From positions 1,215 through 65,214 of the forward strand of contig JBCKKA010000002.1 in the NCBI GenBank assembly GCA_038904515.1: 64,000 bases of DNA, written 5' to 3'. The notes under the pieces were generated by a model, which saw only the letters and a program-made list of their open reading frames with translations, was not told the DNA's origin and did not search any database. Source of the stretch: Acidimicrobiia bacterium (GTDB lineage: Bacteria > Actinomycetota > Acidimicrobiia > IMCC26256 > PALSA-555). Below, one piece after another: positions 17,769-27,590 of this stretch. A program made the position numbers and the translations under genes. How positions within the stretch are numbered: position 1 is the stretch's first letter; every line of letters begins with the position of its first letter.

Positions 17769-18827
17769 GTGGCTGATTCTGTTGGCAATAGTTCCGTCTG
17801 GCCCGACGCCCTAGGGCGTTTGGTCGCGGGTGACGATTTACCCGTTGCCCTGCTCGAAGCGGTATTCACTCAAGTATTAGAGGGGGCGGCGACCGACGCT
17901 CAGATCGCGGCCTTGGCGCTCGGCTTGCGGGCTAAAGGCGAATCCGCGCTCGAACTGGCCACTCTGGTGCGCACGGCGTTGAGTTTTGCCGAGCCACTAG
18001 AGATCTCGTCGGGCTCACCTCTAGTCGATACCTGCGGAACTGGTGGCGATCGGGCGGGTACCGCCAATGTTTCAACCATGGCCGCCATCATCGCGGCGGG
18101 CGCGGGTGTGCGGGTAGTAAAGCACGGCAATCGCGCGACCTCGTCTTCGTCGGGTTCGGCCGACGTGCTCGAAGCGCTAGGAGTGGTGATCGATCTGGGC
18201 CCGGCGGGGGTGGAGCGCTGTGTTGATGAGGTCGGCATCGGATTTTGTTTTGCTCCCCGATTTCACGGAGCATTTCGCTTCGCGGCCGCCGCTCGCCGCG
18301 AAATGGGCGTGCCGACAACATTCAATTTTCTCGGTCCGCTCGCTAATCCGGCGCGAGTCAAGCACCAAGCATTAGGTGTAGCCGACGCAACAATGGCCGA
18401 AATAATGTTGGGAACACTGGTCGAATTAGGATCCGAACATGTATTGGTGTTTTTTGGTCACGATGGACTCGACGAATTGACCACTACCGCACCGTCGACA
18501 GTTTTCGAACTAAAAGCGGGGAAAATTACGAGTTACGAAATAGATGCCGCAACTTTCGGTTTGGCGCGTGCCGAAATCAGCGATCTTTCCGGTGGCAATC
18601 CCGCGGCCAATGCCAAAATTACCCAGCAAGTATTAGCGGGGGAGCCGGGACCAGTACGCGATATTGCTTTGCTTAATGCCGCGGCGGCCCTAGTGGCGGC
18701 CGACCACGCCGACGATCTGGCGGTTGGCATCGAACAAGCGACTGCGGCCGTCGACTCGGGCGCGGCCGCGGCCGTATTGAATAAGTGGATAGCGGTCAGT
18801 GTGGCGGCTCGTCAGGATGGTGGGTAA
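17769..18827 (+). CDS. trpD: anthranilate phosphoribosyltransferase
   Basis: Motifs CGTGGDRAGTANVST, KHGNRATSSSSGSADVLE and NFLGPLANP. Confidence 0.9.
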   Translation: MADSVGNSSVWPDALGRLVAGDDLPVALLEAVFTQVLEGAATDAQIAALALGLRAKGESALELATLVRTALSFAEPLEISSGSPLVDTCGTGGDRAGTANVSTMAAIIAAGAGVRVVKHGNRATSSSSGSADVLEALGVVIDLGPAGVERCVDEVGIGFCFAPRFHGAFRFAAAARREMGVPTTFNFLGPLANPARVKHQALGVADATMAEIMLGTLVELGSEHVLVFFGHDGLDELTTTAPSTVFELKAGKITSYEIDAATFGLARAEISDLSGGNPAANAKITQQVLAGEPGPVRDIALLNAAAALVAADHADDLAVGIEQATAAVDSGAAAAVLNKWIAVSVAARQDGG

Positions 18828-19384
18828 TGGCGCGCGCTCTTCGCTGTGGTGAATGTGGCGCAGCTAACCCTTTGAGCACTCAGGTGGGCGAGACTGCCCA
18901 AAGGTGTCAAAAATGCGGAGTGACCATAGTCATTCCACCGGGGGCTCAATCGCGACGGGCGAGCGATCGCCCCGCGCGACGAACTCCGCCACCCGTGCCG
19001 ATTAATAATCGTTCACCCCAAAAAGTACAAGCGCCACCATCGGTTGCCACAACGGGTGCGACCCCAGCCGGTCCGCGTAGTCGCCCGTGGTGGCTGCGAA
19101 TCTTGGCGTGGGTTATTGCCCTACCGCTGGCGTTGATAATTATTGGTATTCCTGCTCGCGCTGCTGGCTATTTGACTGGCCAAAAACTTCTTGATGTAAT
19201 CATCAAGCACGACTTAAGTCGTTTCTTTCCGGTATTGCTGATTATTTTGTTGTGGACGATAGCGACCGTGATTTTAGTGACGCTTATCGTAGAAATTGGA
19301 AGTGTGTTGTTGGCTAAGCGCCGTACTAAGCGCACCAACAACTACGCTGCGGCCCCTAAAAAACAAATGAGCCGAACCCGCTAA
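18827..19384 (+). CDS. zinc-ribbon membrane protein (function unknown)
   Basis: The ATG overlaps the trpD stop (TAATG). Contains RCGECG...CQKCG zinc ribbon, a Pro-rich linker and two TM helices. The track ORF starts earlier at 18785. Confidence 0.55.
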   Translation: MARALRCGECGAANPLSTQVGETAQRCQKCGVTIVIPPGAQSRRASDRPARRTPPPVPINNRSPQKVQAPPSVATTGATPAGPRSRPWWLRILAWVIALPLALIIIGIPARAAGYLTGQKLLDVIIKHDLSRFFPVLLIILLWTIATVILVTLIVEIGSVLLAKRRTKRTNNYAAAPKKQMSRTR

Positions 19385-19390
19385 TACCGT

Positions 19391-20026
19391 TTATTCGTTT
19401 GGGCTTAAGTAGATAGTTATTCCGATAGTCTCGGCTCGTTGTATTAAGGCAAACATCACTTCAACCGTGGCGCGCGCGTCAGCGAGCGCGCGGTGCGCAG
19501 GCTCGGTCGCTACTTTCAAGTATCGAGCGAGGGTATTCAATTTGAAATCAGGAACTTCGTGTTTGATCAGTTCGCGCGCGATAGCGAGCGTGTCGACTTT
19601 CCCGTGGGTGAGGCGCTCGCGTTCGTTTGCTTGAAGTGCGGCGTCAAGAAAAGAAATGTCGAAACCGACATTGTGCCCGCCGACAACGGAGTGCGATTTG
19701 GAGCCAATGAATTCGAGTAACGAAGGAAGCACCTCGTTAACCATTGGGGCCGAGTCGACCATGGCATCAGTGATTCCGGTGATCTTGGTTATCGAATGAG
19801 GTATCGCCATTTGGGGATTAACTAAAGTTTGGAATTCGCCGATATATTCGCCGCCGATGTATTTGACCGCGGCAATTTCGGTGATGGCGGCCTCGGTCGG
19901 CGAGAAGCCGGTGGTTTCGAGGTCGATCACGACCACCGCGGCCTCGGCTAATGGCTGGCCCAACTCGGCGGAGTTGCCCGGCCGCGAACCGGTGCCCGAG
20001 TGAGAGACAAACGCCAGCTGCGACAT
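19391..20026 (-). CDS. DEDDh 3'-5' exonuclease (DNA polymerase III epsilon-like)
   Basis: Exo I motif VVIDLETTG, Exo II GHNVGFDISFL, Exo III HRALADA. ATG 20026 is preceded by GGAAGGAG. The track ORF extends to 20080. Confidence 0.8.
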   Translation of the reverse strand: MSQLAFVSHSGTGSRPGNSAELGQPLAEAAVVVIDLETTGFSPTEAAITEIAAVKYIGGEYIGEFQTLVNPQMAIPHSITKITGITDAMVDSAPMVNEVLPSLLEFIGSKSHSVVGGHNVGFDISFLDAALQANERERLTHGKVDTLAIARELIKHEVPDFKLNTLARYLKVATEPAHRALADARATVEVMFALIQRAETIGITIYLSPNE

Positions 20027-20087
20027 ACTCCTTCCACCATAGCGAACAGGTGTTCGAAATCCTCGGACCTCGGGATACACTCGCCCT

Positions 20088-20297
20088 ATGACCTCCCGCT
20101 ACCGCTGCGACGCCTGCGGCAATCTGACTCGCTTCAATGTAACGGTCACTCGGCGCACCGCCGAGTTCCATCACTTCAGCGTGGGTGGCGATTTGGAAGT
20201 TGAAGATCAAGAACTTTTAAGTGAAAAAGTTGAAACAGTGCAGTGTCGCTGGTGTGGCGCCGACGCGGTAGAGCTAGTGGTAGAGGCGAGTTCGTGA
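20088..20297 (+). CDS. small zinc-ribbon protein
   Basis: 69 aa with CDACGN...CRWCG. Translationally coupled (GTGA) to the downstream NYN gene. Confidence 0.5.
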   Translation: MTSRYRCDACGNLTRFNVTVTRRTAEFHHFSVGGDLEVEDQELLSEKVETVQCRWCGADAVELVVEASS

Positions 20298-21700
20298 GCC
20301 TGCCACCCGAATCAACCGTGGCTAGTTTTGATGCTCCGCCTATTCCCGAGGCGCTGCTCAGTCCGTTACTCGACACCGCCGCCGATTCGCTCAGCAGTTT
20401 TGATGCCGAGTTGCCCGCGGTGTTGCGGCCGTTAGCTGGGTTTGATCGTCGCGGATTGTCTCACGGTCCCGCTCGGCAACAATTGCAGCGAGCTATTGAA
20501 ATCGATCCGGCGTTTCGTGATTTTGTTTCTGACGCATTTATCGGCCGCGAAGCGGTCGCACGCGTAATTGATGCGTGGGATCTTGATGCGGCGGCGGAGA
20601 TTATCGACGACGCCATGGCCCGGTCCGATCTCGCGCTTTTGGCCTCGGCGCTTTACGCGGCGCGCCCCAACGGTTGGAAATTCGGTTTAGGAATGATTGT
20701 CGCTCGGGCCGGACAAGTTCGTTCCGACGAAGAACGAGCCGACGATACCAAGGCGCATCAAACTGAGGTTGTCGCGTTAGCCGAGGCCCGACGGCGAGCC
20801 GAAGGTGCTCGGGTAAGCGCGGAAAATAAAATTAAGAGTCTTGAAGATGAACTAAAAGAAGAACGACGAGCACGCCGAGAACGAGAGTTGGCGGCCGATC
20901 GGTCGGCCGCGGAAGCATCCAAAAAAATTAAAGTGGCCGAGGCGACCGAAGCCGCGGCGGCATTAGCAATAAAGAAAGCCGAAAGTTTGACTGAACGCGA
21001 AGCCGACCGAGCCCGTAACGCCGAGTTGGCGTTGCGCGATCTGCGCCGCGTCACCGGTGCCGCCGCCACTCCACCAACCGCCACTCTGCCAACCGCGGGG
21101 TTGTCGTCCGAAGATGCTCATGTTCTGGCCGAAGCGGCCAATACTGCTCGCCGGTTAGCCACTCGACTTGAAGGTCTAACCACGGCGACCCAAGTTGAGC
21201 TACGCGCCACGGCCGCACTCGCGGCCGAAGAAAGTGGCGATGTCGTCGATCGCCGCCCGCAACCGGTTTGTCCACCGGGGCTCACTAGCGATTCGGCGGC
21301 CGCGCTCGACGCCATGTTGCGCACTCGGGGCGTATGCCTGGTGGTCGACGGCTACAACATTTCTATGAACGCGTGGTTCGATGCCTCGATCGCCGATCAA
21401 CGCACCCGACTCTTGGTTGCCCTCGAACGACTACACCAGCGCTTGCGCTGTGATGTGGTGGTGGTGTTCGACGGGTCGGATGCGGCGGCAACGATTCCGT
21501 CCAAACGCTCAGGAGTGCGAGTCTTGTTTTCTACCGGTGGCGAAAAGGCCGATCCCGTTATTGTGCGAGAAGTCGGCAAAATGGGTGCCAATATTCCGAT
21601 AATCGTGGCCTCGTCCGACCGTTGGGTGGCGGAGCACTCCGAAGACCTCGGTGCGATTGCCGTCCCCGCCGCTTCCCTCGTAGAGGTAATCCGCCACTAG
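20294..21700 (+). CDS. NYN/YacP-like nuclease-domain protein with a central coiled coil
   Basis: C-terminal CLVVDGYNISMNAW...VVVVFDG...IIVASSDRWV (NYN/PIN-like). The middle is rich in A/E/R heptads. The start is inferred at GTG 20294; the track gives 20243. Confidence 0.65.
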   Translation: MSLPPESTVASFDAPPIPEALLSPLLDTAADSLSSFDAELPAVLRPLAGFDRRGLSHGPARQQLQRAIEIDPAFRDFVSDAFIGREAVARVIDAWDLDAAAEIIDDAMARSDLALLASALYAARPNGWKFGLGMIVARAGQVRSDEERADDTKAHQTEVVALAEARRRAEGARVSAENKIKSLEDELKEERRARRERELAADRSAAEASKKIKVAEATEAAAALAIKKAESLTEREADRARNAELALRDLRRVTGAAATPPTATLPTAGLSSEDAHVLAEAANTARRLATRLEGLTTATQVELRATAALAAEESGDVVDRRPQPVCPPGLTSDSAAALDAMLRTRGVCLVVDGYNISMNAWFDASIADQRTRLLVALERLHQRLRCDVVVVFDGSDAAATIPSKRSGVRVLFSTGGEKADPVIVREVGKMGANIPIIVASSDRWVAEHSEDLGAIAVPAASLVEVIRH

Positions 21701-21791
21701 CAATCTCGGCGGGGTGGGTTGCCCGCCGGAGGGAATTGCTGCCCGAAATAGAGGTTTCTTAATTGTCACACCTCAGCGCGAGGCTTTCATC

Positions 21792-21986
21792 ATGGAAATC
21801 AGTTGTAGTGATTGCGTTGCTCAAGACACCGAAGTCTGTAGCGATTGCGTAGTTATGTTTATCTGTAACCGCGAACCGGGCGATGCACTAATTATCGACG
21901 CCGATGAGGAACGCGCGGTACGGGCGTTGGCTCGAGCGGGCTTAGTGCCCGAGTTGCGCCATCAGACTCGCACCGCGCCTAACTGA
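21792..21986 (+). CDS. small Cys-rich conserved hypothetical protein
   Basis: MEISCSDCVAQDTEVCSDCVVMF... (64 aa). The ATG is chosen inside track ORF 21714..21986. Confidence 0.4.
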   Translation: MEISCSDCVAQDTEVCSDCVVMFICNREPGDALIIDADEERAVRALARAGLVPELRHQTRTAPN

Positions 21987-22007
21987 CAATCAGTTCAGCA
22001 ACCGCGA

Positions 22008-23201
22008 TTAGTTGGGAGTTTCGGCTCGCAGAGCGGCGACCGTGCTCTGTTCGCGACTGCGATGAACGAACGGATCGAATTGATAAATTCGCATCGCGTT
22101 CTCATAGGTCATCTTGGCAATTTCATCAGCCGGCACATCACTAAGTTGCTTCCACAGAATTTCGGGTGAGTTTGGCCAAGTTGAATCAGAGTGCGGATAA
22201 TCGCATTCCCAAGTAATCGCATCAATACCTACTTTGTGGCGTTCATCAATTCCTGCTTGATCACTAATAAAGCAGTAGTTAAAGTGCTCGGCCGCTACTT
22301 GGCTCGGCAACTTGCCGCCAAAGTCTTGACCGGTCCAGAAGTGATGCTGTTCGTAGACGTAGTCGATGCGCTCTAACCAGTAAGGGATCCAACCAGTGCC
22401 GCCTTCAGAAAGCGCAAACTGCAAGTTGGGATACTTGCGCAACACTGGTGACCACAAAAGATCGGTAGCCGCGTTCATGGTGTTGAGCGGAGTGAGCGTG
22501 ATCATTATATCCATCGGTGCGCCCGGTGCTATTTCGATCGTGGTTGACGAAGATCCAATGTGAAGGGCAATGATGGTGCCTTCTTCTTCGCAGGCGGCGA
22601 AAAACGGATCCCAGTGGTCACCAAAAATATGGGGCCAACCTAACTTGTAAGGATTTTCGGAGAAGGTAACCGCGTGGCAACCCTTCTTCGCCACTCGGTG
22701 CACTTCGTCGGCCATGAGTTGGGGGTCCCAAATGGGGGGAATCGATAGCGGAATAAAACGCCCGGGATAAGTGCCACACCATTCGTCAATGTGCCAGTCG
22801 TTATAAGCCCGTAGCAATTGGAGGCTGGTATCAAGATCGGATGATTTAGAAAATAACTGACCGCAAAACTGAACAAAACTAGGAAAGCACATGGAGGCCA
22901 ACACGCCGTTGCGATTCATGTCGAGCACTCGCTCGTGAATGTCGTAGCAACCTTTACGAATCATGTCGTAAGAAGTGGGTTCAATGTTGTATTCCTCGGG
23001 CGGACGCCCAGCAACCGCGTTGAGCCCGATATTGGGAATTTCGATTCCTTCAAAAACCCATACATCGGTGCCGTCGGCTTTACGCACACTTTTGGGTGCG
23101 GCATCTTTCCACTTCGCCGGCAGATGGTTATCAAACAGAGTGGGCGGCTCAACTACGTGGTCGTCAACACTGACAAGAATGAGATCTTCGGCGCTAGTCA
23201 T
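22008..23201 (-). CDS. amidohydrolase-2 (ACMSD-like) family metal-dependent hydrolase
   Basis: N-terminal metal motif VSVDDHVVEP, then later HIGSS and a C-terminal ECDYPHSDS motif. 397 aa. Confidence 0.7.
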   Translation of the reverse strand: MTSAEDLILVSVDDHVVEPPTLFDNHLPAKWKDAAPKSVRKADGTDVWVFEGIEIPNIGLNAVAGRPPEEYNIEPTSYDMIRKGCYDIHERVLDMNRNGVLASMCFPSFVQFCGQLFSKSSDLDTSLQLLRAYNDWHIDEWCGTYPGRFIPLSIPPIWDPQLMADEVHRVAKKGCHAVTFSENPYKLGWPHIFGDHWDPFFAACEEEGTIIALHIGSSSTTIEIAPGAPMDIMITLTPLNTMNAATDLLWSPVLRKYPNLQFALSEGGTGWIPYWLERIDYVYEQHHFWTGQDFGGKLPSQVAAEHFNYCFISDQAGIDERHKVGIDAITWECDYPHSDSTWPNSPEILWKQLSDVPADEIAKMTYENAMRIYQFDPFVHRSREQSTVAALRAETPN

Positions 23202-23400
23202 GGCTGCTCTCCTCTGGGGATTGGATTATTCGTTAGCAGGATTTCCGTTTTGAGCGTTTATGAGATGGGGTGGGGTATCCACCACTAAAGATGACACAGG
23301 TGTCAGACTAGCGGAAGTTCGGTCGAGGTGTTTGTCGCACTGGCGGAACCACCTTGCCGTAATTTAAAAATCCCGACCAGTACTCCCAGAGGAGACCACA

Positions 23401-23940
23401 ATGCATAGCCATTTGCTCACTAGCGGTACGGACGCCCTGAACTTCGCTTGGGCCTTGATCCATGTGTGGCTAGGGGTTATGATTTTTGCCCACGGCTGGA
23501 AGCACGTTAAAGCATTACGGGCGGGTCCGGGCATGGCGCAGTGGTTCGAAAGTCTGGGATTGCGACCAGGCGTGCTTCACGCTCGCTTAGTTACCGTCAC
23601 CGAACTGGGAGTGGGCGTGCTGTTGATTCTCGGGTTGGTTACCCCTCTCGCCTACGGCGGGCTTTGCGCGCTGATGATCGTGGCGGCCATAACCGCTCAC
23701 CGCGGCAACGGGTTCTTTATCGACAATCAGCCGCCGGGTTGGGAATACGCCAGCACGTTGGCGGCACTCTCTATCGCGTTAGGAACATTAGGACCGGGTC
23801 AGTGGTCACTAGACGATGTACTCAAATTGGAATTTCCGTTCGACCCAAATAAAGCGCTGGTGATCACTGCGGGGGTCGGAATTTTAGGAGCGGCGTCGTT
23901 CTTGCTGACCTTTTGGCGACCGGCGAAGAAAGCGTCGTAA
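23401..23940 (+). CDS. DoxX-family membrane protein
   Basis: 179 aa with 4 TM helices and an FAHGWKHV-type motif. Confidence 0.6.
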   Translation: MHSHLLTSGTDALNFAWALIHVWLGVMIFAHGWKHVKALRAGPGMAQWFESLGLRPGVLHARLVTVTELGVGVLLILGLVTPLAYGGLCALMIVAAITAHRGNGFFIDNQPPGWEYASTLAALSIALGTLGPGQWSLDDVLKLEFPFDPNKALVITAGVGILGAASFLLTFWRPAKKAS

Positions 23941-23953
23941 TGCTTCTTCGCCG
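23921..23953. terminator. strong hairpin between convergent genes (bidirectional terminator candidate)
   Basis: CGGCGAAGAA(a)GC at 23921-23933 pairs with GCTTCTTCGCCG at 23942-23953. The stem is 12 bp with one bulge and an 8-nt loop, and the DoxX stop codon sits in the loop. Confidence 0.5.
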
Positions 23954-23974
23954 GTCGTAACCAAAAGTATTTAC

Positions 23975-24370
23975 TTAGCCCAGAGTGTCGGCCTTAGCCT
24001 TGGCGTACTCGGCGTCGTTTAGCGTGCCGGCATCGTGCAGTTTCTTGAGCTTCTCGAGTTCGTCGGCTGGGCTGTAGCCCGCCGCGGTTCTCATTTGCGC
24101 ACGAGCGGCGTCCATTGCTTCTTGGTTGCGCGTAGCCATACCCCGTCCTTCAATAAGGATGTACAGCAAAACTCCAAACCACAGGAAAATAATTACTACC
24201 GCGGCCCAGAGAACCTTGACGCCGCCACCAATATCGTGACGCCGGAACAAGTCACTGAAAACGCTTACCAATAGCCAGAACCAGATAACGAACATGAAGA
24301 TCCACAAGACTCCCAGCATGAAATGCCCGAAGCCGAAGTTGAAGTTGTTGTCGGCCAGTATTGATGTCAT
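23975..24370 (-). CDS. membrane protein with PLD-nuclease-N-like TM region and C-terminal SHOCT domain
   Basis: Two TM helices with a W/F-rich motif, then ELEKLKKLHDAGTLNDAEYAKAKADTL (SHOCT). Confidence 0.65.
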   Translation of the reverse strand: MTSILADNNFNFGFGHFMLGVLWIFMFVIWFWLLVSVFSDLFRRHDIGGGVKVLWAAVVIIFLWFGVLLYILIEGRGMATRNQEAMDAARAQMRTAAGYSPADELEKLKKLHDAGTLNDAEYAKAKADTLG

Positions 24371-24407
24371 CTATTTCCTTTCGATTAGGAAAACACAGGG
24401 TAACCGA

Positions 24408-26267
24408 TTATGAATCCGGTTGCAGAATCAACGCAAGTTGATCGGTAAGGCGGGGCAACACTTCTCGCCAATCGCCCACGACGCCGATGTCGGCGGCCGC
24501 GAATATCGGCGCGGCGGGGTCGGAATTAATCGCGACTACGGTTCCGGCCTGACCGATTCCAACCGCGTGGTTGAATTTTCCACTGCTGCCGATAGCGATA
24601 AAAAGTCTCGGCGCAATTGACCGACCGGTAATGCCGACTTGGCGCGAGCGGGGCAGCCAACCGGCATCGGTGACTTTACGAGTAGCCGCCAGTGGCGCGT
24701 TCAGTAGCGTGAGCAAAGGGTCGAGCAAAGGGTAATCGTCAGGATCGACGCCCATACCGACGCCGACCACGGTGGTTGCGTCGGCGAGCAAATTGAGATC
24801 GTCATTGCGAGTGCGGGTCAATACCTGCACGCGACTTTCGGGCGCGACGATTTGATTGGTGACGGTCGGCGTGCTGGAGCGGGGGGTCCACGGCCCGAGC
24901 ATTCCGCTGCGCACGGTCGCCATTTGTATTGGCGAGGTGGCAGTGATTGCCGCCACGAGTTGGCCACCGAATGCAGGTTTCCACGCGACTAGACGGCCGT
25001 CGTCAACCTCAAGCATCACTGCATCGCTAGTTAGACCAGCGCCTAGTCGGGCCGCACTGCGACCAGTTATTTCGCGACCCCACGCGGTACTGGGAGCAAG
25101 AATCGCCCACGGGGTAAAAGTTTGCGCCCACTCGGCCACTACGCGCCCGATGTCTTGCTCGACTATTCCAGTGGTGGCGACGGCATTGAGCAGGTGGGTG
25201 GGCGGTTCGGGGTAAGTAAAATTAATAATCGAATCGGCACCGGCGGCTCCTAGATCTGAAGTTCGATCAGTGGTATCGAAGTTAAGGGCAACTACCCAAC
25301 CCGCTAATTCCGAATTCGCTAATTTTTGGGCTAGACCAGCCGCCGCACCCAACAATTCGTGGGTAAGTTCTTGGCGATCGGGCTCTACTAACACACCAAT
25401 AATCGGACCTTGGTCAGAGGCCGCGACCCGATCGGGAACAACTGGCGATAAAGAAGCCGTCGAAGCGTCCGCACGACCGAGGGCGTCGCGTCGCTCCAGC
25501 AATTCAATTATTTGGGCTACTTGTTTGTCGATAGTTCCGACTCCGATGATTTTTTCCCGCGCCACAATGTGAGCACGAATTTCGCCTACTCCCGTAGGGC
25601 TAGCTGCGGCACCCCACGGGCCGGGGCCGAGTTCAGCCGTGCCGATGGTTTCGATCAATTCGGGTGCTACTTGCGCCCCTCTGGTTTCGTCAACTTTGCA
25701 CGGGTCGATAAGTCTTTCGGCGCAAGAAATTAGGGCCGGCATTTCTATTCGTAACTGCGCCCAACCGTCGTCGTGTTCACAACGTAAGTGAAGAGTTGAT
25801 CCCTTTACGCTTAGATAGCGCACTCCGGTGGCAAAAGGGAGATCCATTAGTTCGGCAATCTCGGGCCCCACCTGACCGGTATCGGAGTCAACCGAATTGA
25901 GCCCCGTCAAAATGAGATCGAACGGACCGGATCGAGCGAGCGCGGCGGCGAGCGCGCGCGCGGTCGCGAGAGTGTCGGAGCCAGCAAAAGCGGTTTCGCT
26001 GATCAAAACACCGTTAATGATTACCGCGTTCTGTTCCCCCCAAGCAATGGCTTCTCGCAACACCGCTTCGGCCGCGGGGGGTCCGAGGGTAAATACCGTC
26101 ACCGAACCGTCGCCTACCGCGGCCGCGAGCTCAACTGCCTGAGCCGCGGCTCGACGGCAATACGGATTCATCTCGAGTTCGACGCCGTCCCGTTGTAGTC
26201 GCCCGTCGGCGCCTAACTGCAGTTCGGTGAAAGCCGGTATCTGTTTAACCAGCGCGGCGATGCGCAT
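24408..26267 (-). CDS. fused electron-transfer flavoprotein, EtfB-like N-half and EtfA-like C-half
   Basis: A single 619-codon ORF. The N-half has MRIAALVKQIP...EMNPYCRRAAAQAVEL (EtfB/FixA-like). The C-half ends with TRKVTDAGWLPRSRQVGITGRSIAPRLFIAIGSSGKFNH...VVAINSDPAAPIF...DIGVVGD (the EtfA FAD-binding signature). Confidence 0.8.
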   Translation of the reverse strand: MRIAALVKQIPAFTELQLGADGRLQRDGVELEMNPYCRRAAAQAVELAAAVGDGSVTVFTLGPPAAEAVLREAIAWGEQNAVIINGVLISETAFAGSDTLATARALAAALARSGPFDLILTGLNSVDSDTGQVGPEIAELMDLPFATGVRYLSVKGSTLHLRCEHDDGWAQLRIEMPALISCAERLIDPCKVDETRGAQVAPELIETIGTAELGPGPWGAAASPTGVGEIRAHIVAREKIIGVGTIDKQVAQIIELLERRDALGRADASTASLSPVVPDRVAASDQGPIIGVLVEPDRQELTHELLGAAAGLAQKLANSELAGWVVALNFDTTDRTSDLGAAGADSIINFTYPEPPTHLLNAVATTGIVEQDIGRVVAEWAQTFTPWAILAPSTAWGREITGRSAARLGAGLTSDAVMLEVDDGRLVAWKPAFGGQLVAAITATSPIQMATVRSGMLGPWTPRSSTPTVTNQIVAPESRVQVLTRTRNDDLNLLADATTVVGVGMGVDPDDYPLLDPLLTLLNAPLAATRKVTDAGWLPRSRQVGITGRSIAPRLFIAIGSSGKFNHAVGIGQAGTVVAINSDPAAPIFAAADIGVVGDWREVLPRLTDQLALILQPDS

Positions 26268-26400
26268 TCGTACCTCGGTCTCGGTTGCTGGTGGGCCGAC
26301 CTGACTACCATGTCAGGTTCTTAGGATATTTGTTGGTAACGCTAGTTTGCTCCAGTTGACCGACATTCGGCGCACGCAAACGTCGAATAAAGGAGTCGAA

Positions 26401-27588
26401 GTGGAAGTCAGAGAAGCGGTCATTATCGATACCGTCAGATCTGCTATTGGGAAACGCAAAGGTGCGTTGTCGGGTTGGCACCCAACCGACCTGCTGGCCC
26501 ACACGCTGAACGCACTACTTGACCGCAACGACCTCGATCCCGGTCTGGTCGACGATGTAGTCGGCGGCTACGTTTCGCAAACGGGCGAGCAGGGTTGCAA
26601 TGTCACCCGTAATGCGTGGATTGCCGCGGGCCTACCGCCTCATGTTCCGGCCACCACGGTCGATCGCCAGTGCGGATCTTCGCAACAAGCCATGCACTTT
26701 GTTGCTCAAGGAGTGATGGCGGGTGCTTACGATATCGGGATTGCCGGTGGAGTTGAGTCGATGACGCGCGCGCCGATGTCGAGCAACGCCCGCGGCGGCA
26801 TTGGTCCGTTCTCGCCCGCGTTTCTCGAAGCGTGCGGGGGAGTTTTAGGTATTCAGTTTTGGGTCGCGCAAGTTTTGGCTGACCGGTACGGAATTACCCG
26901 CGAAGAAATGGACGAGTTTTCTCTTGCGAGTCAACGGCGAGCGGCCGAAAATACCGACTCAGGTTTTTTTGCCAAAGAAATTGTTCCGGTGCCGATCCGA
27001 GATGAAAACGGTGAAGAAACTGGAGAGATTCTTGAACACGACGAAGGTATTCGTCGTTCGACCACTCTCGAAGGACTCGCGGGATTAGCGCCAGCGTGGG
27101 AATCCGAAGATCAACCCGCCCCCGCCATTACTGCCGGCAATGCTTCGCAAATGAGTGACGGCGCGTCGGCCATGCTCATCGCCGACCGCGCGACCGCCGA
27201 AAAACTCGGGCTACCGATTCGGGCGCGGTTTGTTCACTTTGCCGTATTAGCCGACGATCCGGTTCTGGTTTTGTCAGCTCCTAATCCGGTAACTCGAAAA
27301 TTGCTCGATCGCACGGGTATGAAGATTGATGATTTCGATGCTATGGAGTGCAACGAAGCGTTTGCGGCGATTGCGCTCATGTGGGCTAAGGAGTTTAAGC
27401 CCGGCCCCGAAAAATTTAATCCTCGGGGTGGTGCGATAGCGATTGGTCATCCGTTGGGCGCCAGTGGAGTGAGACTAATGACCACCATGTTGAATCATCT
27501 GGAAACAACGGGCGGTCGTTACGGATTTCAAACTATGTGTGAAGGCGGCGGGCAAGCTAACGCCACCGTCATTGAGCGTCTCGGCTAA
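26401..27588 (+). CDS. acetyl-CoA C-acyltransferase (thiolase)
   Basis: Nucleophile Cys context DRQCGSSQQAM, then NEAFA, GHPLGASG and the C-terminal CEGGGQANA. GTG 26401 is preceded by AAAGGAG. The track ORF starts at 26347. Confidence 0.85.
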   Translation: MEVREAVIIDTVRSAIGKRKGALSGWHPTDLLAHTLNALLDRNDLDPGLVDDVVGGYVSQTGEQGCNVTRNAWIAAGLPPHVPATTVDRQCGSSQQAMHFVAQGVMAGAYDIGIAGGVESMTRAPMSSNARGGIGPFSPAFLEACGGVLGIQFWVAQVLADRYGITREEMDEFSLASQRRAAENTDSGFFAKEIVPVPIRDENGEETGEILEHDEGIRRSTTLEGLAGLAPAWESEDQPAPAITAGNASQMSDGASAMLIADRATAEKLGLPIRARFVHFAVLADDPVLVLSAPNPVTRKLLDRTGMKIDDFDAMECNEAFAAIALMWAKEFKPGPEKFNPRGGAIAIGHPLGASGVRLMTTMLNHLETTGGRYGFQTMCEGGGQANATVIERLG

Positions 27589-27590
27589 AA

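Noticed and set aside
17365-17814. 149-aa plus-strand ORF spanning the 22-bp array, whiB and the trpD start.
   Set aside because: It overlaps the clearly recognisable WhiB gene in a different frame. It owes its length to the repeat and has no motifs.
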